Source of the DNA: Phycisphaerales bacterium
GTDB lineage: Bacteria > Planctomycetota > Phycisphaerae > Phycisphaerales > UBA1924
Length of the DNA stretch: 64,000 bases
Assembly: GCA_965227775.1 (NCBI GenBank)
Contig: OZ245777.1
Coordinates: 1,568,001-1,632,000 of the forward strand
Direction: 5' to 3'
Positions 29,282 to 42,442 of the stretch are shown here, piece by piece. The stretch's first letter is position 1, and every line of letters starts with the position of its first letter. The notes beneath the pieces were generated by a model. It was given only the letters and a program-made list of their open reading frames with translations. It was not told the DNA's origin and did not search any database. Position numbers and translations under genes: made by a program.

Positions 29282-29572
29282 CTAGTCCCGATCGGCCTCG
29301 CGCAGACGCTCGATCACGCGGTGCCGCACGGCATCGGGCATGGGCTCCGGGCTCGCGGCCTCGTCGAGGTTCTCCAGCGCTTCGCCGATGTCGCGCATCT
29401 TCCGCCGCGCCGCCCTGCACGAGCCGCACAAGGCGCTGTGCATCCGCTCGCCCGCCCGCTGGGCGCGCGTGACGGCCGGATCGTTGAAGTTCGCCCGGAT
29501 GCGGTCGGCTTCCTCGCAGCGCAGGGTCAGCACGTACCAGAGCGTCGAGAGCAGGGCGGCAACACGCTTCAT
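29282..29572 (-). CDS. Zinc-binding anti-sigma factor (zf-HC2/ZAS), soluble
   Basis: LRCEEA...HSALCGSC (HxxxCxxC); ATGA overlap with the sigma stop. Confidence 0.85.
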   Translation of the reverse strand: MKRVAALLSTLWYVLTLRCEEADRIRANFNDPAVTRAQRAGERMHSALCGSCRAARRKMRDIGEALENLDEAASPEPMPDAVRHRVIERLREADRD

Positions 29573-30186
29573 GAGCCGTTGCCCTCGCTCGATTGGTCGA
29601 GCTCTCGCCGCAGCCGGGCCTTGGCCCGATGCACCAGCGTCCAGACTTGCGAGGCACTCACGCCCAAGGCTTCTCCCAGTTCCGCCGAGCTCAGGCCGTC
29701 GACCTCTCGCAACACGAGCACCGACCGCATGGGCTCCGGCAACCGCTCCACCGCGTGGGCCACACGTCGGGCGAATTCGGCCCGCTCCAGAGATCCCAGC
29801 GGCGTCGCGCTGCCCGCACGACCACTCCCTTGGTCGTCCAACATAGCCCATCCTTGCTGATGAACCCGCCAGAAACCCTCGGAAAAGTCCTCGATCGCGC
29901 CCGAGGCCATCTCTGCAAGGTCCGCAGCGTGCTCCTTGCGTCGATATCGGGCCCGCAAGGCGTCGAGCACCTTGTGCTTCAGGATGCCCGTTAGCCACGT
30001 CCGCTCGGCAGAGTCACCCCGAAAGGACCGAGCCGCGCCGAGTGCGGAGACAAGGCAATCCTGCACAGCGTCCTCGGCCTCGCCAGGATCCCCAAGCCGT
30101 CGCAGCGCATACGCGTACAGCACATCGCCGTGGGCCTCCACCCACCGGCTCGGGTCGACGCTCGGGCTGTGGTCGCTGAGATCCAT
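29569..30186 (-). CDS. ECF sigma-70 factor
   Basis: AEDAVQD, TWLTGILKHK, region 4 LREVDGLSSAELGEALGVS...HRAKARLR. Confidence 0.92.
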   Translation of the reverse strand: MDLSDHSPSVDPSRWVEAHGDVLYAYALRRLGDPGEAEDAVQDCLVSALGAARSFRGDSAERTWLTGILKHKVLDALRARYRRKEHAADLAEMASGAIEDFSEGFWRVHQQGWAMLDDQGSGRAGSATPLGSLERAEFARRVAHAVERLPEPMRSVLVLREVDGLSSAELGEALGVSASQVWTLVHRAKARLRRELDQSSEGNGS

Positions 30187-30282
30187 CAGGCGGTTTCGAT
30201 CCGGTGTCAGAAGGCGGAGGTCTGAGCGTTGAGCCTACCCCTGCCTGGCGAGCGCAGGCGTCCATCGGCTTACACTTCAGCG

Positions 30283-33200
30283 ATGCGTTCGATCCCCCTT
30301 CGGCAGCTCACGCTCGCCCCGATTTTCCTGCTGACGTGCGGCGTGCTGGCCCAGGACGTGCGCGGGCCACAAAGCCAGGAGTCGCCGGTTGCGATCCCCG
30401 AAGCGGCACAAGCCCAGCCGCCTGCGATCGAAACCCCGACCATCGCGCAGGTAGAGGAACGTATCGCTGAGGTTGAGGCGAACGAAGCCCTCGATGACCC
30501 CCAGAAGCAAGCGATCCTCACCTCGCTCCGCGCAGCGCTCGATGCCCTCCAGCAGCGGCTGACGGCCGAAGCGCAACGCCAGGAGTTCGTCGACGCCACG
30601 ACCGCCGCGCCAGGCACGATCGAACAGCTCCGCGCCGAGCTCGACAAGCCCGTCACTACGCCCGCAATGCCCGAGTACGGGCAGATGCCCGCCGAGCAGG
30701 CGCTCGACGGGATTCGGGCGCTCATCGTCGAGGCCCAGGCCCGCCAGCAGGCTGCCGAAACCGAGCAAGCGACCCTGGATGCGGAAGCCGATGAGCGCGA
30801 GGTGCGGCTGGCCACGGGCCCGGGCGACCTGGTCAGGTGGGGCGAAGAACTCGCCGCCGCCACGACCGAGCTGGCCGCCTTGCCCGCCGATCCCGCCGAC
30901 CCCGCTGCCGCGGCCCGCAGGTGGCAGAAGCAGGCCGAGGCCGCCGAACTCGCCGCTCGCATCGCCCGGCTCGAGGCTGAGATTGCCAGCTACAACGCCC
31001 GTCGCCAGCTCCTCCCGCTGCGCAAGACCCTCGCCCAACGCAAGGAAGATGTCGCAACACGCGCGCTCGAGAAGCTCCGCGTCGCCGAGACCGATGCCGC
31101 AAACCGCCGCGCTCGCGAGGCTCAGCAAGAAGCGCTCGAGCAGGCCGATGACGTCTCCGACCCGCAGCTCCGCCTGCTTGCTCAAGAAACCAGCGACCTC
31201 GCCGCGCGGCGTCTGGGCCGGCAAGGCACCCTGGAGCGGCTCGAGTCGGTCCGGGTTGCGCTGGATCGGGCCGATCAGAAACTGACGGATCTCAAGCGGC
31301 GTGCCGGCAACACCGTTGCCCGCGTGCAGGCAGCCGGGCTCACCGAGATTGTCGGCCAAGCGCTGCGTCAGCAGCTCCGCGAGCTCTCGCGATTCGAACC
31401 AGAACCGGACGATCAGCTCAAGTCACGTATCGACCAAGCCCAGCTGAACCTCATCGAGATCGAAGAAAAGCTCGCGCAGTATCAGGACGTGCAGGTCGCC
31501 TTCGAGGCTGCCCGCCTTCGCATCGCCGGTGATCCCGAGAGCGTGCCGCCAGACGTCGAGCGTCAGATCACCGAAATCATCACGAGCTACGTCGAAACGC
31601 TCAGGGCACTCGAAGCCGACTACCGCAGCTTCATCGACGAGGGGTACAAGCTCGCCGCTACGCGCGAGGAGCTCGCACAGACTACCAAGGCGTTCCGGAC
31701 GTTCATCGAAGAGCGAATCCTTTGGACCCGCAGCGTGCAGGGACCATCGATCCCACGGGTCGAAGATGTCATTGATGGCGGCATCTGGCTGCTCGGCGGC
31801 AGGCGTGAATCGACGGGTACGGCCGCCACCGGCGCCACCGAAGTACCGATCGGCACGAATTGGACCGAAGCCATCGCAGACCTGTGGCCCCCGCAGTTGC
31901 TGGCATTCCCGGTCACCATCGCGTTTGTGGTGTCATTCTGGGCCCGCCGCCGAGCTCGGAAGGCCTTGCAGCGAACGGCCGGCCAGGTCCGCAAGTTCAG
32001 CACCGACAGCATGCGGCTGACGCTGCAGGCGATCCCACTGACCGTCATCATCTGTCTGCCGCTTCCCATCGCGTTAGCCCTGGGCGGCCTGCTACTCACG
32101 AGCACGGATGTCGAGGTTGCCCGAGCCGTCGGCAAGGCGCTGTACGAAGCGGCCATCTTCGCCCTTGTGATCGAGTTCGTTCGCCACGCGGCCCGCCCCG
32201 ATGGCCTGCTCGACGCCCACTTCCGCTGGCGCAAGGACGGGCTCACGCAGCTGCGTCGCCTTGTGTTCTGGCTTGCCGCCATACTCATTCCGATCGCCGT
32301 GCTGACGCGCTCGATCGCGCACCAACCTGACATCGTCATCAACGATGCGTTCGGTCGTCCACTCTTCGTTCTGGGCCAGCTCATTCTCGCAGCCTTCGCC
32401 GCCGCGACGCTCGCGCCGTGGTTGCCCTTCGTCCGCAACTACCTATCCAAGCACCGTATCGGGATCATCAATCAAGCGCGCTGGATCTGGTACCCGCTTG
32501 TCGTCATCGCGCCGATCGCTCTCGCTGTTCTCGCCGCTGCTGGCTTTTACTACACGGCCGTGCAGCTCTACGAGCGTCTGCACCTCACCGTCTGGCTCGC
32601 GGTCGCCGCCACCCTCGCGTACAACCTCGTGCTCCGCTGGCTGTTCATCGAGCGCCGACGCATGCTCGTCAAACGCGCGAAGCAGCGTCGTGAGGAAGAA
32701 GCCGCGGAGCGCGCCGAGAAGGCTGCGGGCGGCGGCGAAGACGGCGGCATCGAGATCGAAGCACCCGAGCTCGATGCGGCAGAGGTCGACACCCAAACAC
32801 GCCGCGTGCTCGTCGCAGCAGTTCTCGTCAGCGTCGTGCTGGGCCTGTACGGCCTGTGGGCCCAGCAGCTCCCCGCACTTCGTATGCTCGAGCGCGTCCA
32901 GCTCTGGCCCGACATCCAGGTCATCGACGCCGACGCGTCGGCAACGCCCGCTCTGGCAGATCTGCAATCAGAACCTGCCGACGAGACGAGCGAGCGGGCC
33001 CCGAGCCAATCGAACGACCAGCCCGAGGATTCTCGGGAGGGCTCGGGCTTCGACATCTTCGGCCAGGGTGGGCCCAGCCAGTCGATCCCGAGCCAGGGCG
33101 TCGATGTCATCACGCTGGCCGACATCGGCGCTGCGTTCTTGTTCTTTGCGATCACGTGGGTGCTGGCGCGAAACCTCCCGGGCCTGCTCGAGATCACCAT

Positions 33201-33969
33201 CCTGAAGCGCCTGCCCTTCGACGCGGGCGCCCGCTTTGCCGTCACAAGCATCCTGCGATACCTGCTCGTCATCATCGGGATTTTCCTGGGTTTCGGGGCT
33301 ATCGGTATTGGTTGGTCGCAGGTTCAGTTCCTCGCCGCCGCGCTCACGTTCGGTCTGGCGTTCGGCCTGCAAGAGATCTTCGCCAACTTCATCTCGGGCC
33401 TGATCATCCTCATCGAACGGCCAATGCGCGTGGGCGACACCGTGACCGTCAACGGCATGAACGGCAAGGTCACACGCATCCGCATGCGCGCCACCACGGT
33501 GCTCGACTGGGAGCTCCGCGAGGTCATCATCCCCAACAAGGTCTTTATTACTCAGGAATTCACCAACTGGACGCTGTCCGACCCGCGCATCCGTGTGACC
33601 ATTCCGGTGGGCGTGTCGTATGGCTCGGACGTCCGCCTGGTCGAGCGCGAGTTGCTCGAGCTTGGCAAGTCCCAGTCCTATGTGGTTGCCGAGCCGCGCG
33701 TTCGGTCGCTCTTCACGGGCTTTGGCGATAGCACACTCAACTTTGAGTTGCGTGTCTATCTGGAGAGTTTCGAGTTCTTCCTCGACGTCAGGAGCGAACT
33801 GCACACGCGTATCGCCGAGCGATTCCGCGAGCTCGACATCGAGATCGCGTTCCCGCAGCGCGACCTCAACATCCGAGACATCGGACCGCTCGCCGACGCC
33901 CTGGCCGAGCGTTCACGCTTGGATGATCGCCGGCCCGATAGTCCGGAGAACACCGAGGAACCCCGATGA
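30283..33969 (+). CDS. Large MscS-family mechanosensitive channel (MscK/KefA-like)
   Basis: Signal peptide, long periplasmic coiled coils, many TMs, GLAFGLQEIFANFISGLIILIERPMRVGD, EIAFPQRDL. Confidence 0.92.
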   Translation: MRSIPLRQLTLAPIFLLTCGVLAQDVRGPQSQESPVAIPEAAQAQPPAIETPTIAQVEERIAEVEANEALDDPQKQAILTSLRAALDALQQRLTAEAQRQEFVDATTAAPGTIEQLRAELDKPVTTPAMPEYGQMPAEQALDGIRALIVEAQARQQAAETEQATLDAEADEREVRLATGPGDLVRWGEELAAATTELAALPADPADPAAAARRWQKQAEAAELAARIARLEAEIASYNARRQLLPLRKTLAQRKEDVATRALEKLRVAETDAANRRAREAQQEALEQADDVSDPQLRLLAQETSDLAARRLGRQGTLERLESVRVALDRADQKLTDLKRRAGNTVARVQAAGLTEIVGQALRQQLRELSRFEPEPDDQLKSRIDQAQLNLIEIEEKLAQYQDVQVAFEAARLRIAGDPESVPPDVERQITEIITSYVETLRALEADYRSFIDEGYKLAATREELAQTTKAFRTFIEERILWTRSVQGPSIPRVEDVIDGGIWLLGGRRESTGTAATGATEVPIGTNWTEAIADLWPPQLLAFPVTIAFVVSFWARRRARKALQRTAGQVRKFSTDSMRLTLQAIPLTVIICLPLPIALALGGLLLTSTDVEVARAVGKALYEAAIFALVIEFVRHAARPDGLLDAHFRWRKDGLTQLRRLVFWLAAILIPIAVLTRSIAHQPDIVINDAFGRPLFVLGQLILAAFAAATLAPWLPFVRNYLSKHRIGIINQARWIWYPLVVIAPIALAVLAAAGFYYTAVQLYERLHLTVWLAVAATLAYNLVLRWLFIERRRMLVKRAKQRREEEAAERAEKAAGGGEDGGIEIEAPELDAAEVDTQTRRVLVAAVLVSVVLGLYGLWAQQLPALRMLERVQLWPDIQVIDADASATPALADLQSEPADETSERAPSQSNDQPEDSREGSGFDIFGQGGPSQSIPSQGVDVITLADIGAAFLFFAITWVLARNLPGLLEITILKRLPFDAGARFAVTSILRYLLVIIGIFLGFGAIGIGWSQVQFLAAALTFGLAFGLQEIFANFISGLIILIERPMRVGDTVTVNGMNGKVTRIRMRATTVLDWELREVIIPNKVFITQEFTNWTLSDPRIRVTIPVGVSYGSDVRLVERELLELGKSQSYVVAEPRVRSLFTGFGDSTLNFELRVYLESFEFFLDVRSELHTRIAERFRELDIEIAFPQRDLNIRDIGPLADALAERSRLDDRRPDSPENTEEPR

Positions 33970-34967
33970 GCGCGATGAAGTTCACGGCCATGGCGCCCGA
34001 CTCGGGCGTACTCATCCACGCCTCGCCCGCCGGCGTCGAGCGAAATCCTCAGGCACCCATCGAGCAGATCATCACCGGCGAGGCGGATTGGCGCTGGCTC
34101 CACCTCGACCACAACCGTCCCAATGCTGCCGAGTGGCTCCGACTGCAGCAAGACCTGCCCGAAGACGTTGCCGACGCGCTGCTCGCCCTGCAAACCCGCC
34201 CGCGTTGCGTGCAGTGGAACGGCGGGCTGCTCTTCATCGGTCGCGGCGTCAATCTCAACGCGGAGTCCATGCCCGAGGACATGATCTCCATCCGCGCCTG
34301 GCTCACGCCGGGCCGCCTCGTGACGGTCGTCCGTCGCCGCTTGCGCGCCGCCGAAGACGTCGCCTCCAGCATCGAGATGCCCGTGCCGAAGGTCAAGGTC
34401 GAGGCGGCAGGCGAGCTGCTGTTGATGCTCCTGGAGAACCTGCTCGAACGCATGACGCCAACGGTCACCGAGAGCGGCGAGCAGATCGACGACTACCTTG
34501 AAGACGTCATCGACGAAGACGCCCGCGTCGACCGTCGTGACATCGCCCGCCTGCGCCTGCGCATCATCACCCTCCGCCGCTACGCCCTACCGCTGCGAGA
34601 TGCCATCGCCGAGCTCCGCCTCGCACCGCCCACGCTGATGCCAAAAGAGCTCACGCCGGCCCTCGTCGAGCTCTCCGACCGCATCACGCGACTAGTCGAC
34701 GAGCTCGATAACCAGAACGTCCGCGCCGAACTTGCACGCGCCGAGGTCGCGGGCCAGGAAGACGAGACGCTCAACCGCCGCCTCTACGCACTGGCAATCG
34801 TGACCGGGATCTTCCTGCCGCTGTCGTTCCTCACGGGCCTGCTGGGCATGAACGTGAACGGCATCCCATTCACGCAGCCCGAGTGGTCGATCTGGGTGTG
34901 GGGCACCGTGTTCGTGACCGTGCTCGCGGGCCAGATTTGGTTGCTACGCAGGTTGAATTGGTTCTGA
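33966..34967 (+). CDS. CorA/ZntB-family divalent cation transporter
   Basis: WLHLD, TRPR, RGVNLN..PEDMISIR (ZntB-like), FLPLSFLTGLLGMNV. Confidence 0.9.
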   Translation: MSAMKFTAMAPDSGVLIHASPAGVERNPQAPIEQIITGEADWRWLHLDHNRPNAAEWLRLQQDLPEDVADALLALQTRPRCVQWNGGLLFIGRGVNLNAESMPEDMISIRAWLTPGRLVTVVRRRLRAAEDVASSIEMPVPKVKVEAAGELLLMLLENLLERMTPTVTESGEQIDDYLEDVIDEDARVDRRDIARLRLRIITLRRYALPLRDAIAELRLAPPTLMPKELTPALVELSDRITRLVDELDNQNVRAELARAEVAGQEDETLNRRLYALAIVTGIFLPLSFLTGLLGMNVNGIPFTQPEWSIWVWGTVFVTVLAGQIWLLRRLNWF

Positions 34968-34977
34968 CCGACGGTCG

Positions 34978-35502
34978 CTACCCGACGTGACGCTCGGGTT
35001 CGAGCGCGTCGAGCATGTCGGCGTACGTGCCCGTCACGGGCTCGCCAAGCGTGGGGCCAAGGATGTGACGCAGCTCGCCGATGTTCTCGTGGCACCGTGC
35101 GACGTTGTGGGCCGAGCTCACCGCCGCCTCCAATTCGCAGAACTGGCCGAGCCCGACGACCTCATCCAGATGGATGCGCACGTTCGCCCGCATCAGCGCC
35201 ACACGCGTCTTGCACACCACGCGCCACACGGGCGGATCGGTCCTGCCGAAGCGCAGCCGCATCTGCGGCTCGTCGTACAGCGTGAAGCGGCACAACCGCG
35301 GAGCCAGCCCGCCGCGGCGGTCGTAGAAGACGTACTCGACCGGCTCGTCGACGGCCTCACGCTTCTTGAAGACGCCGCTTGGCACGCGGAAGTAGGTGTC
35401 GCGCAGCTCGAGCGTCACCAGCGGGGTCGCGCCGGCGCGTAAGAGCGCGGCCATCGCCGTCTCGGGATCGCGTAGCTCGCTGCGAAACTCCAGGCTCTGC
35501 AT
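34978..35502 (-). CDS. CYTH-domain protein (class IV adenylate cyclase-like)
   Basis: DTYF, KKRE, VCKTR, RIHLDEVVGLGQFCELEA. Confidence 0.85.
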   Translation of the reverse strand: MQSLEFRSELRDPETAMAALLRAGATPLVTLELRDTYFRVPSGVFKKREAVDEPVEYVFYDRRGGLAPRLCRFTLYDEPQMRLRFGRTDPPVWRVVCKTRVALMRANVRIHLDEVVGLGQFCELEAAVSSAHNVARCHENIGELRHILGPTLGEPVTGTYADMLDALEPERHVG

Positions 35503-35580
35503 CGGGCCGAGTACCCTCCGGCGCGCACCGATTGCGCCCGACTCTACTATCGGCCAACCATCCAGTGAATCACAGCGGGG

Positions 35581-38679
<3,099 letters not shown>

Positions 38680-38686
38680 AGTGGGC

Positions 38687-39361
38687 TCACGGGCAGCCGG
38701 CGTCGAACTCGTTCTGGAACGCCAAGAAGTCAAAAAGCGTCAATGAGCCGTCTCCGTCGAAGTCGGCCAGCGGGTCGCCCGTATCAAACAGGTTCTGGAA
38801 CGCCAGGAAGTCGAAGATCGTCAGCGCGCCGTCTCCGTCAAGGTCTGCACGGCACGCATCGCCGGCCTCAACGATGATCGAACCGGTCATGCCTCGATGT
38901 CCGGTGACTCTGCACGTGTAGTAGTACTGGCCGGCGTCATCGGCCGAGGGCGTCCACTCGATGAAGTCGTCGGTGGGGGCGGGGTCGGCGGTGAACACAT
39001 CGATGGGCTTGAGCGTGGCCGCGTCGATGACGTCTCCGTCAGAGGTCACGCGTCGGAATGTGCCGTCGCTTCCGGTGATTTCCAGCGTGTCATCGGTGAT
39101 GACGAACGGGTGCGAGCCGGTGATGCGGCGGAACAGGTAGGTCTCGCCCGCGATCAGGATGAGCGTCGGGTCGACGACATCGATGAAGTCACCGCCCGCG
39201 TCAGACCAGTTGAACAGGTAGTCGCTCGCGCCTGCGTTGTCGAGGCTGAACTCGACGCCGCCGGGCACGCGGTAGACGCTGGGCTCGGGTTGGGTGGTCT
39301 GCGCAGTGGCTGCGCCGGCTGCGATCAGCGTGCCCGCGGTCGCGATGATTCGGATCTTCAT
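38687..39361 (-). CDS. Secreted cupredoxin-like protein with GC-type dockerin anchor
   Basis: Signal peptide; HPF...YYYTCRVTGHRGMTGSI; C-terminal CRADLDGDGALTIFDFLAFQNLF...DFDGDGSLTLFDFLAFQNEFDAGCP. Confidence 0.85.
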   Translation of the reverse strand: MKIRIIATAGTLIAAGAATAQTTQPEPSVYRVPGGVEFSLDNAGASDYLFNWSDAGGDFIDVVDPTLILIAGETYLFRRITGSHPFVITDDTLEITGSDGTFRRVTSDGDVIDAATLKPIDVFTADPAPTDDFIEWTPSADDAGQYYYTCRVTGHRGMTGSIIVEAGDACRADLDGDGALTIFDFLAFQNLFDTGDPLADFDGDGSLTLFDFLAFQNEFDAGCP

Positions 39362-39495
39362 TGGTGCATCTCCCTTTCTCAGAGCGTATTCGTCACACCT
39401 CGGCAATCAGATGCTCGCATTCCACGCAGCATGCGACAGCGGCAAGACCTGATTCGCAGGCCTTCCCGTGGCTCTGGTGGGGAATACCGGAGGTG

Positions 39496-40509
39496 TTAGC
39501 TGAACCGGCTGAGCAGTTCGCGAACCTTCGGCTGGCGATGCTCGATCTGCAGGCTCTTGCGGAAGTGGTCGAGGGCTTGCTCGAGGGCCACCGAGTCGGT
39601 CTGGCCGCTCCGCAGGAACTCGTTGAGTCGCAGAACCGCCAGGCCGTTCAGGGCCGGATAGTGCTCGCCGTCGAGCTCGAGCGCACGCTCGAAGCTGATG
39701 GTGGCACCCTCGAAGTCGCTCAAGCGGAACATGGCAGCGCCGCGGCGCTCCCACGCGAGGGCAGACTCGTTGTCGCGAAGCAACTGGTCGAGCACGTTGA
39801 CGGCCTGGGCGTCCTCACCGAGCACGCGGAGGCTCTCGGCCAGGTTCACCAGCAGCTCGACCGGGATCGGATCGATGAGCTCGGCGGCCTGCTGGTACTC
39901 GTCCACGGCCCGGCGATGTTCATCGAGTGCTGCATAGATCGAGCCAAGGTTGATGCGGGCGGCCGCGCTGTAGGGATCGACAAACACGGCTCGCTCGGCG
40001 AACGGCCGCGCTAAGCGCGGTTCCTCGGCCTGCATGTACGCGACCGACACGTTGATGTTGGCCGGCACGTCGGTCGGGTCGAGCTCGAGCGATGTGAGGT
40101 AAGCCCGGATGGCGTCGCTGACGCGGTTGAGGGCCTGCAGGACCTGGCCACGCTTGAAGTGGATGCGTGGGTTGTTGGGGTCGAGTTCCGCCGCTTTGGT
40201 ATAGAAGACCTCGGCGCCTGCAGGGTCATTCAGGTCCTGGGAAGCGTCTCCCGCGCCGACGTACGCCCGCGTCATGAGCGGGTTGAGCTCGATCGCGCGC
40301 TTGAACTCCTCAAGAGCGGCCTGCGCATCGCCCAGGCGGACGTAGGCGGTGGCCTGATCGGCGGCGTCGTTGGCGGCGGTCTCCTGCACCTGCTTCTTGG
40401 CAGCCGAGCCCGAACTGCACGCTGCCAGGCACAAGCCAAACGCGACCAGGGCAACGGCAAGGCCGCCCTTGGTCGAGATCCGTCGTGTGCCAGCCTGGCT
40501 GATGATCAT
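39496..40509 (-). CDS. TPR-repeat lipoprotein
   Basis: Lipobox LAAC; multiple TPRs (KRAIELNP, AAELDPNN, ERALELD); start uncertain. Confidence 0.85.
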   Translation of the reverse strand: MIISQAGTRRISTKGGLAVALVAFGLCLAACSSGSAAKKQVQETAANDAADQATAYVRLGDAQAALEEFKRAIELNPLMTRAYVGAGDASQDLNDPAGAEVFYTKAAELDPNNPRIHFKRGQVLQALNRVSDAIRAYLTSLELDPTDVPANINVSVAYMQAEEPRLARPFAERAVFVDPYSAAARINLGSIYAALDEHRRAVDEYQQAAELIDPIPVELLVNLAESLRVLGEDAQAVNVLDQLLRDNESALAWERRGAAMFRLSDFEGATISFERALELDGEHYPALNGLAVLRLNEFLRSGQTDSVALEQALDHFRKSLQIEHRQPKVRELLSRFS

Positions 40510-40815
40510 CCGCTGCCCCTTCCCACACTCGTCCGCCGCGATCCGCTCGAAGCCGAGCCCTTCCAACGATCGGCGGGCCCTTCGAGTTCGGCTCGACCCG
40601 CCGGCAAGGCCCATTATCGCACCCTCGCGCCGGCCGCAAGAGGGTTGCCTGGGAGCTTTGCCCATCTCTGGCCGAGACGCGCAATTTCGGCCGATAAGCC
40701 TCCGATGCGCGCCTCGCCGTTGCCGGGACGCCCGCCGCCAACCACACACGCCCCGCCAGGTCGACTGGCAAAAGGTCACATGACTCCGATCCCATCGTCA
40801 TACACGGGCCACGAG

Positions 40816-41598
40816 ATGAATCGGCCGGGCCGTATTTTTGTTTTGTTTGGGTTGCTCGCCTGCGTCGTCTTGCTCGCGCCGCTCTCCGGCTGCGTCCGCA
40901 AGTCGGAACTGCCCGTGACGTTGAGCTTCCGCAACGTGCGAGCCGTGGTGGTGCAGGGCGATTCGACTGGCGGTCGCAGCCGCGTCACCCGCAGCGAGTG
41001 GGATCAGATCTGGCCCGTGGTCATCCGCCACCACAAGGTGAACAACCGAATGGCCATGAAGCCCAGCTTCGACGCCGGCCCCCCAACAATGGACTCGATC
41101 GCCGGCGTCGAGGTCCGCGATTACACGGCCAGCATCGTGGTCGACAGCTTCTCGGGACTCTCCAAGCTGCACAAGAGCCTCGAGTCCTTGCAGGGCCAGC
41201 CAATTGCGCCCGGGCGGCGGCTGCAACTCTCGCTCAGCGAGGTCTCGCTGGGCTTCTCGGGCAACTTCATCAGTGCCCGGCGCACCGAGATGCTCCAGGG
41301 CCGGACGCTGCCTGGCGCCACCGTCGTGCTGTACGACCGCGACCCGGATCGCCCCCGGATCGTGCGCGCCGACGAGACCGGCCAATGGATGGTCCCGATC
41401 GTGACGACCCCCAACCAGCGATCGGTGGTCGGATACAGCGTGCCACCGGGCGTGCGAGATCGGCCCGAGACTCGGCGGTACTTCCGCATCGACCTGACCA
41501 CCAACATCGGCGAAGATATCGACGAGCGTCGCTTCAACAGCGAGATCGATGCGATGCGTGGCGGCATGAGCGGATTCATCAACCGCATCACCAACTAA
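40816..41598 (+). CDS. Hypothetical lipoprotein
   Basis: Lipobox LSGC after a hydrophobic stretch; C-terminal QGRTLPGATVVL...ADETGQW resembles an Ig-like module. Confidence 0.7.
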   Translation: MNRPGRIFVLFGLLACVVLLAPLSGCVRKSELPVTLSFRNVRAVVVQGDSTGGRSRVTRSEWDQIWPVVIRHHKVNNRMAMKPSFDAGPPTMDSIAGVEVRDYTASIVVDSFSGLSKLHKSLESLQGQPIAPGRRLQLSLSEVSLGFSGNFISARRTEMLQGRTLPGATVVLYDRDPDRPRIVRADETGQWMVPIVTTPNQRSVVGYSVPPGVRDRPETRRYFRIDLTTNIGEDIDERRFNSEIDAMRGGMSGFINRITN

Positions 41599-41621
41599 GC
41601 GGGCGGCGCTACCGTCCGCCC

Positions 41622-42389
41622 ATGAGCGAATTCAAGGATCGCGTCGCCATCGTGACCGGGGCCAGCGCCGGCATCGGCATGGCATGCGCGCGCATGCTGG
41701 CCGATCAAGGCGCCATTGTCATCGTGAACGCTCGCCGCGCCGGCAGGCTCGACGAGTTGGTCGAGATTGACACCAGCCGCGTGACGCCAGTGGCTGGCGA
41801 TGCGGCCGAGCCCGAGGTCATCGAGGCGATGCTCGAGGCTGCGAAGAAGTCGGGCGGACGCGAGGCCGATCTGGTCATCGCCAACGCCGGCCGCGGCCTG
41901 CGGGGCTCGCCGCTCGACTCGGACGAGGCCGAGTGGGAAGACGTGCTGCGAGTCAACACGCTGGCCGCCGCGAAGCTGATGCGTGCATCCCTGCATCGGA
42001 TGTTCGCCGAGATCGGTTCGCACGCCGGCCCGCCCAAACAGCCGCGCGACGTGGTGGTGCTCGGTTCGACGGTGGGGCGGAACCTCAGCCCGTTCAGCAG
42101 CTTTTACGGTGCGGCGAAAGCCGCCGTGCACATGATGGCCGAGGCGATGCGGCGCGAGGCCGGGCCCAGGGGCGTGCGCGTGACCACCATCGAGCCGGGC
42201 GTTGTCGCGAGCGAGTTCCAGTCGGCGGCCGGGTACGACCCCAAGGCCTTTGGCGAATTCATGGAGTCGATGGCACCCGTGCTCACACCCGACGATGTCG
42301 CGAGGTCGATCCTCTTCGCGTGCGGCCAGCCTGCAGGCGTGCACCTGAGCGAGATCATGCTGCGGCCAACTCGACAGGCGTACCCGTAG
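41622..42389 (+). CDS. Short-chain dehydrogenase/reductase
   Basis: TGASAGIG, ANAG, YGAAK, IEPGVV. Confidence 0.92.
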   Translation: MSEFKDRVAIVTGASAGIGMACARMLADQGAIVIVNARRAGRLDELVEIDTSRVTPVAGDAAEPEVIEAMLEAAKKSGGREADLVIANAGRGLRGSPLDSDEAEWEDVLRVNTLAAAKLMRASLHRMFAEIGSHAGPPKQPRDVVVLGSTVGRNLSPFSSFYGAAKAAVHMMAEAMRREAGPRGVRVTTIEPGVVASEFQSAAGYDPKAFGEFMESMAPVLTPDDVARSILFACGQPAGVHLSEIMLRPTRQAYP

Positions 42390-42397
42390 CGCACGAA

Positions 42398-42421
42398 AAG
42401 CCCGGACTTGTGCCCGGGCTT
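42398..42421. terminator. Hairpin terminator between the convergent SDR and FKBP genes
   Basis: AAGCCCGG-acttgtgc-CCGGGCTT with a preceding A-run (U-tract on the minus strand). Confidence 0.65.
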
Positions 42422-42442
42422 CACTTCGGTGTGTTCTCTTCG

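Noticed and set aside
38700..38850. Direct repeat GTTCTGGAACGCCA(A/G)GAAGTC
   Set aside because: Explained by the two dockerin repeats in the protein.
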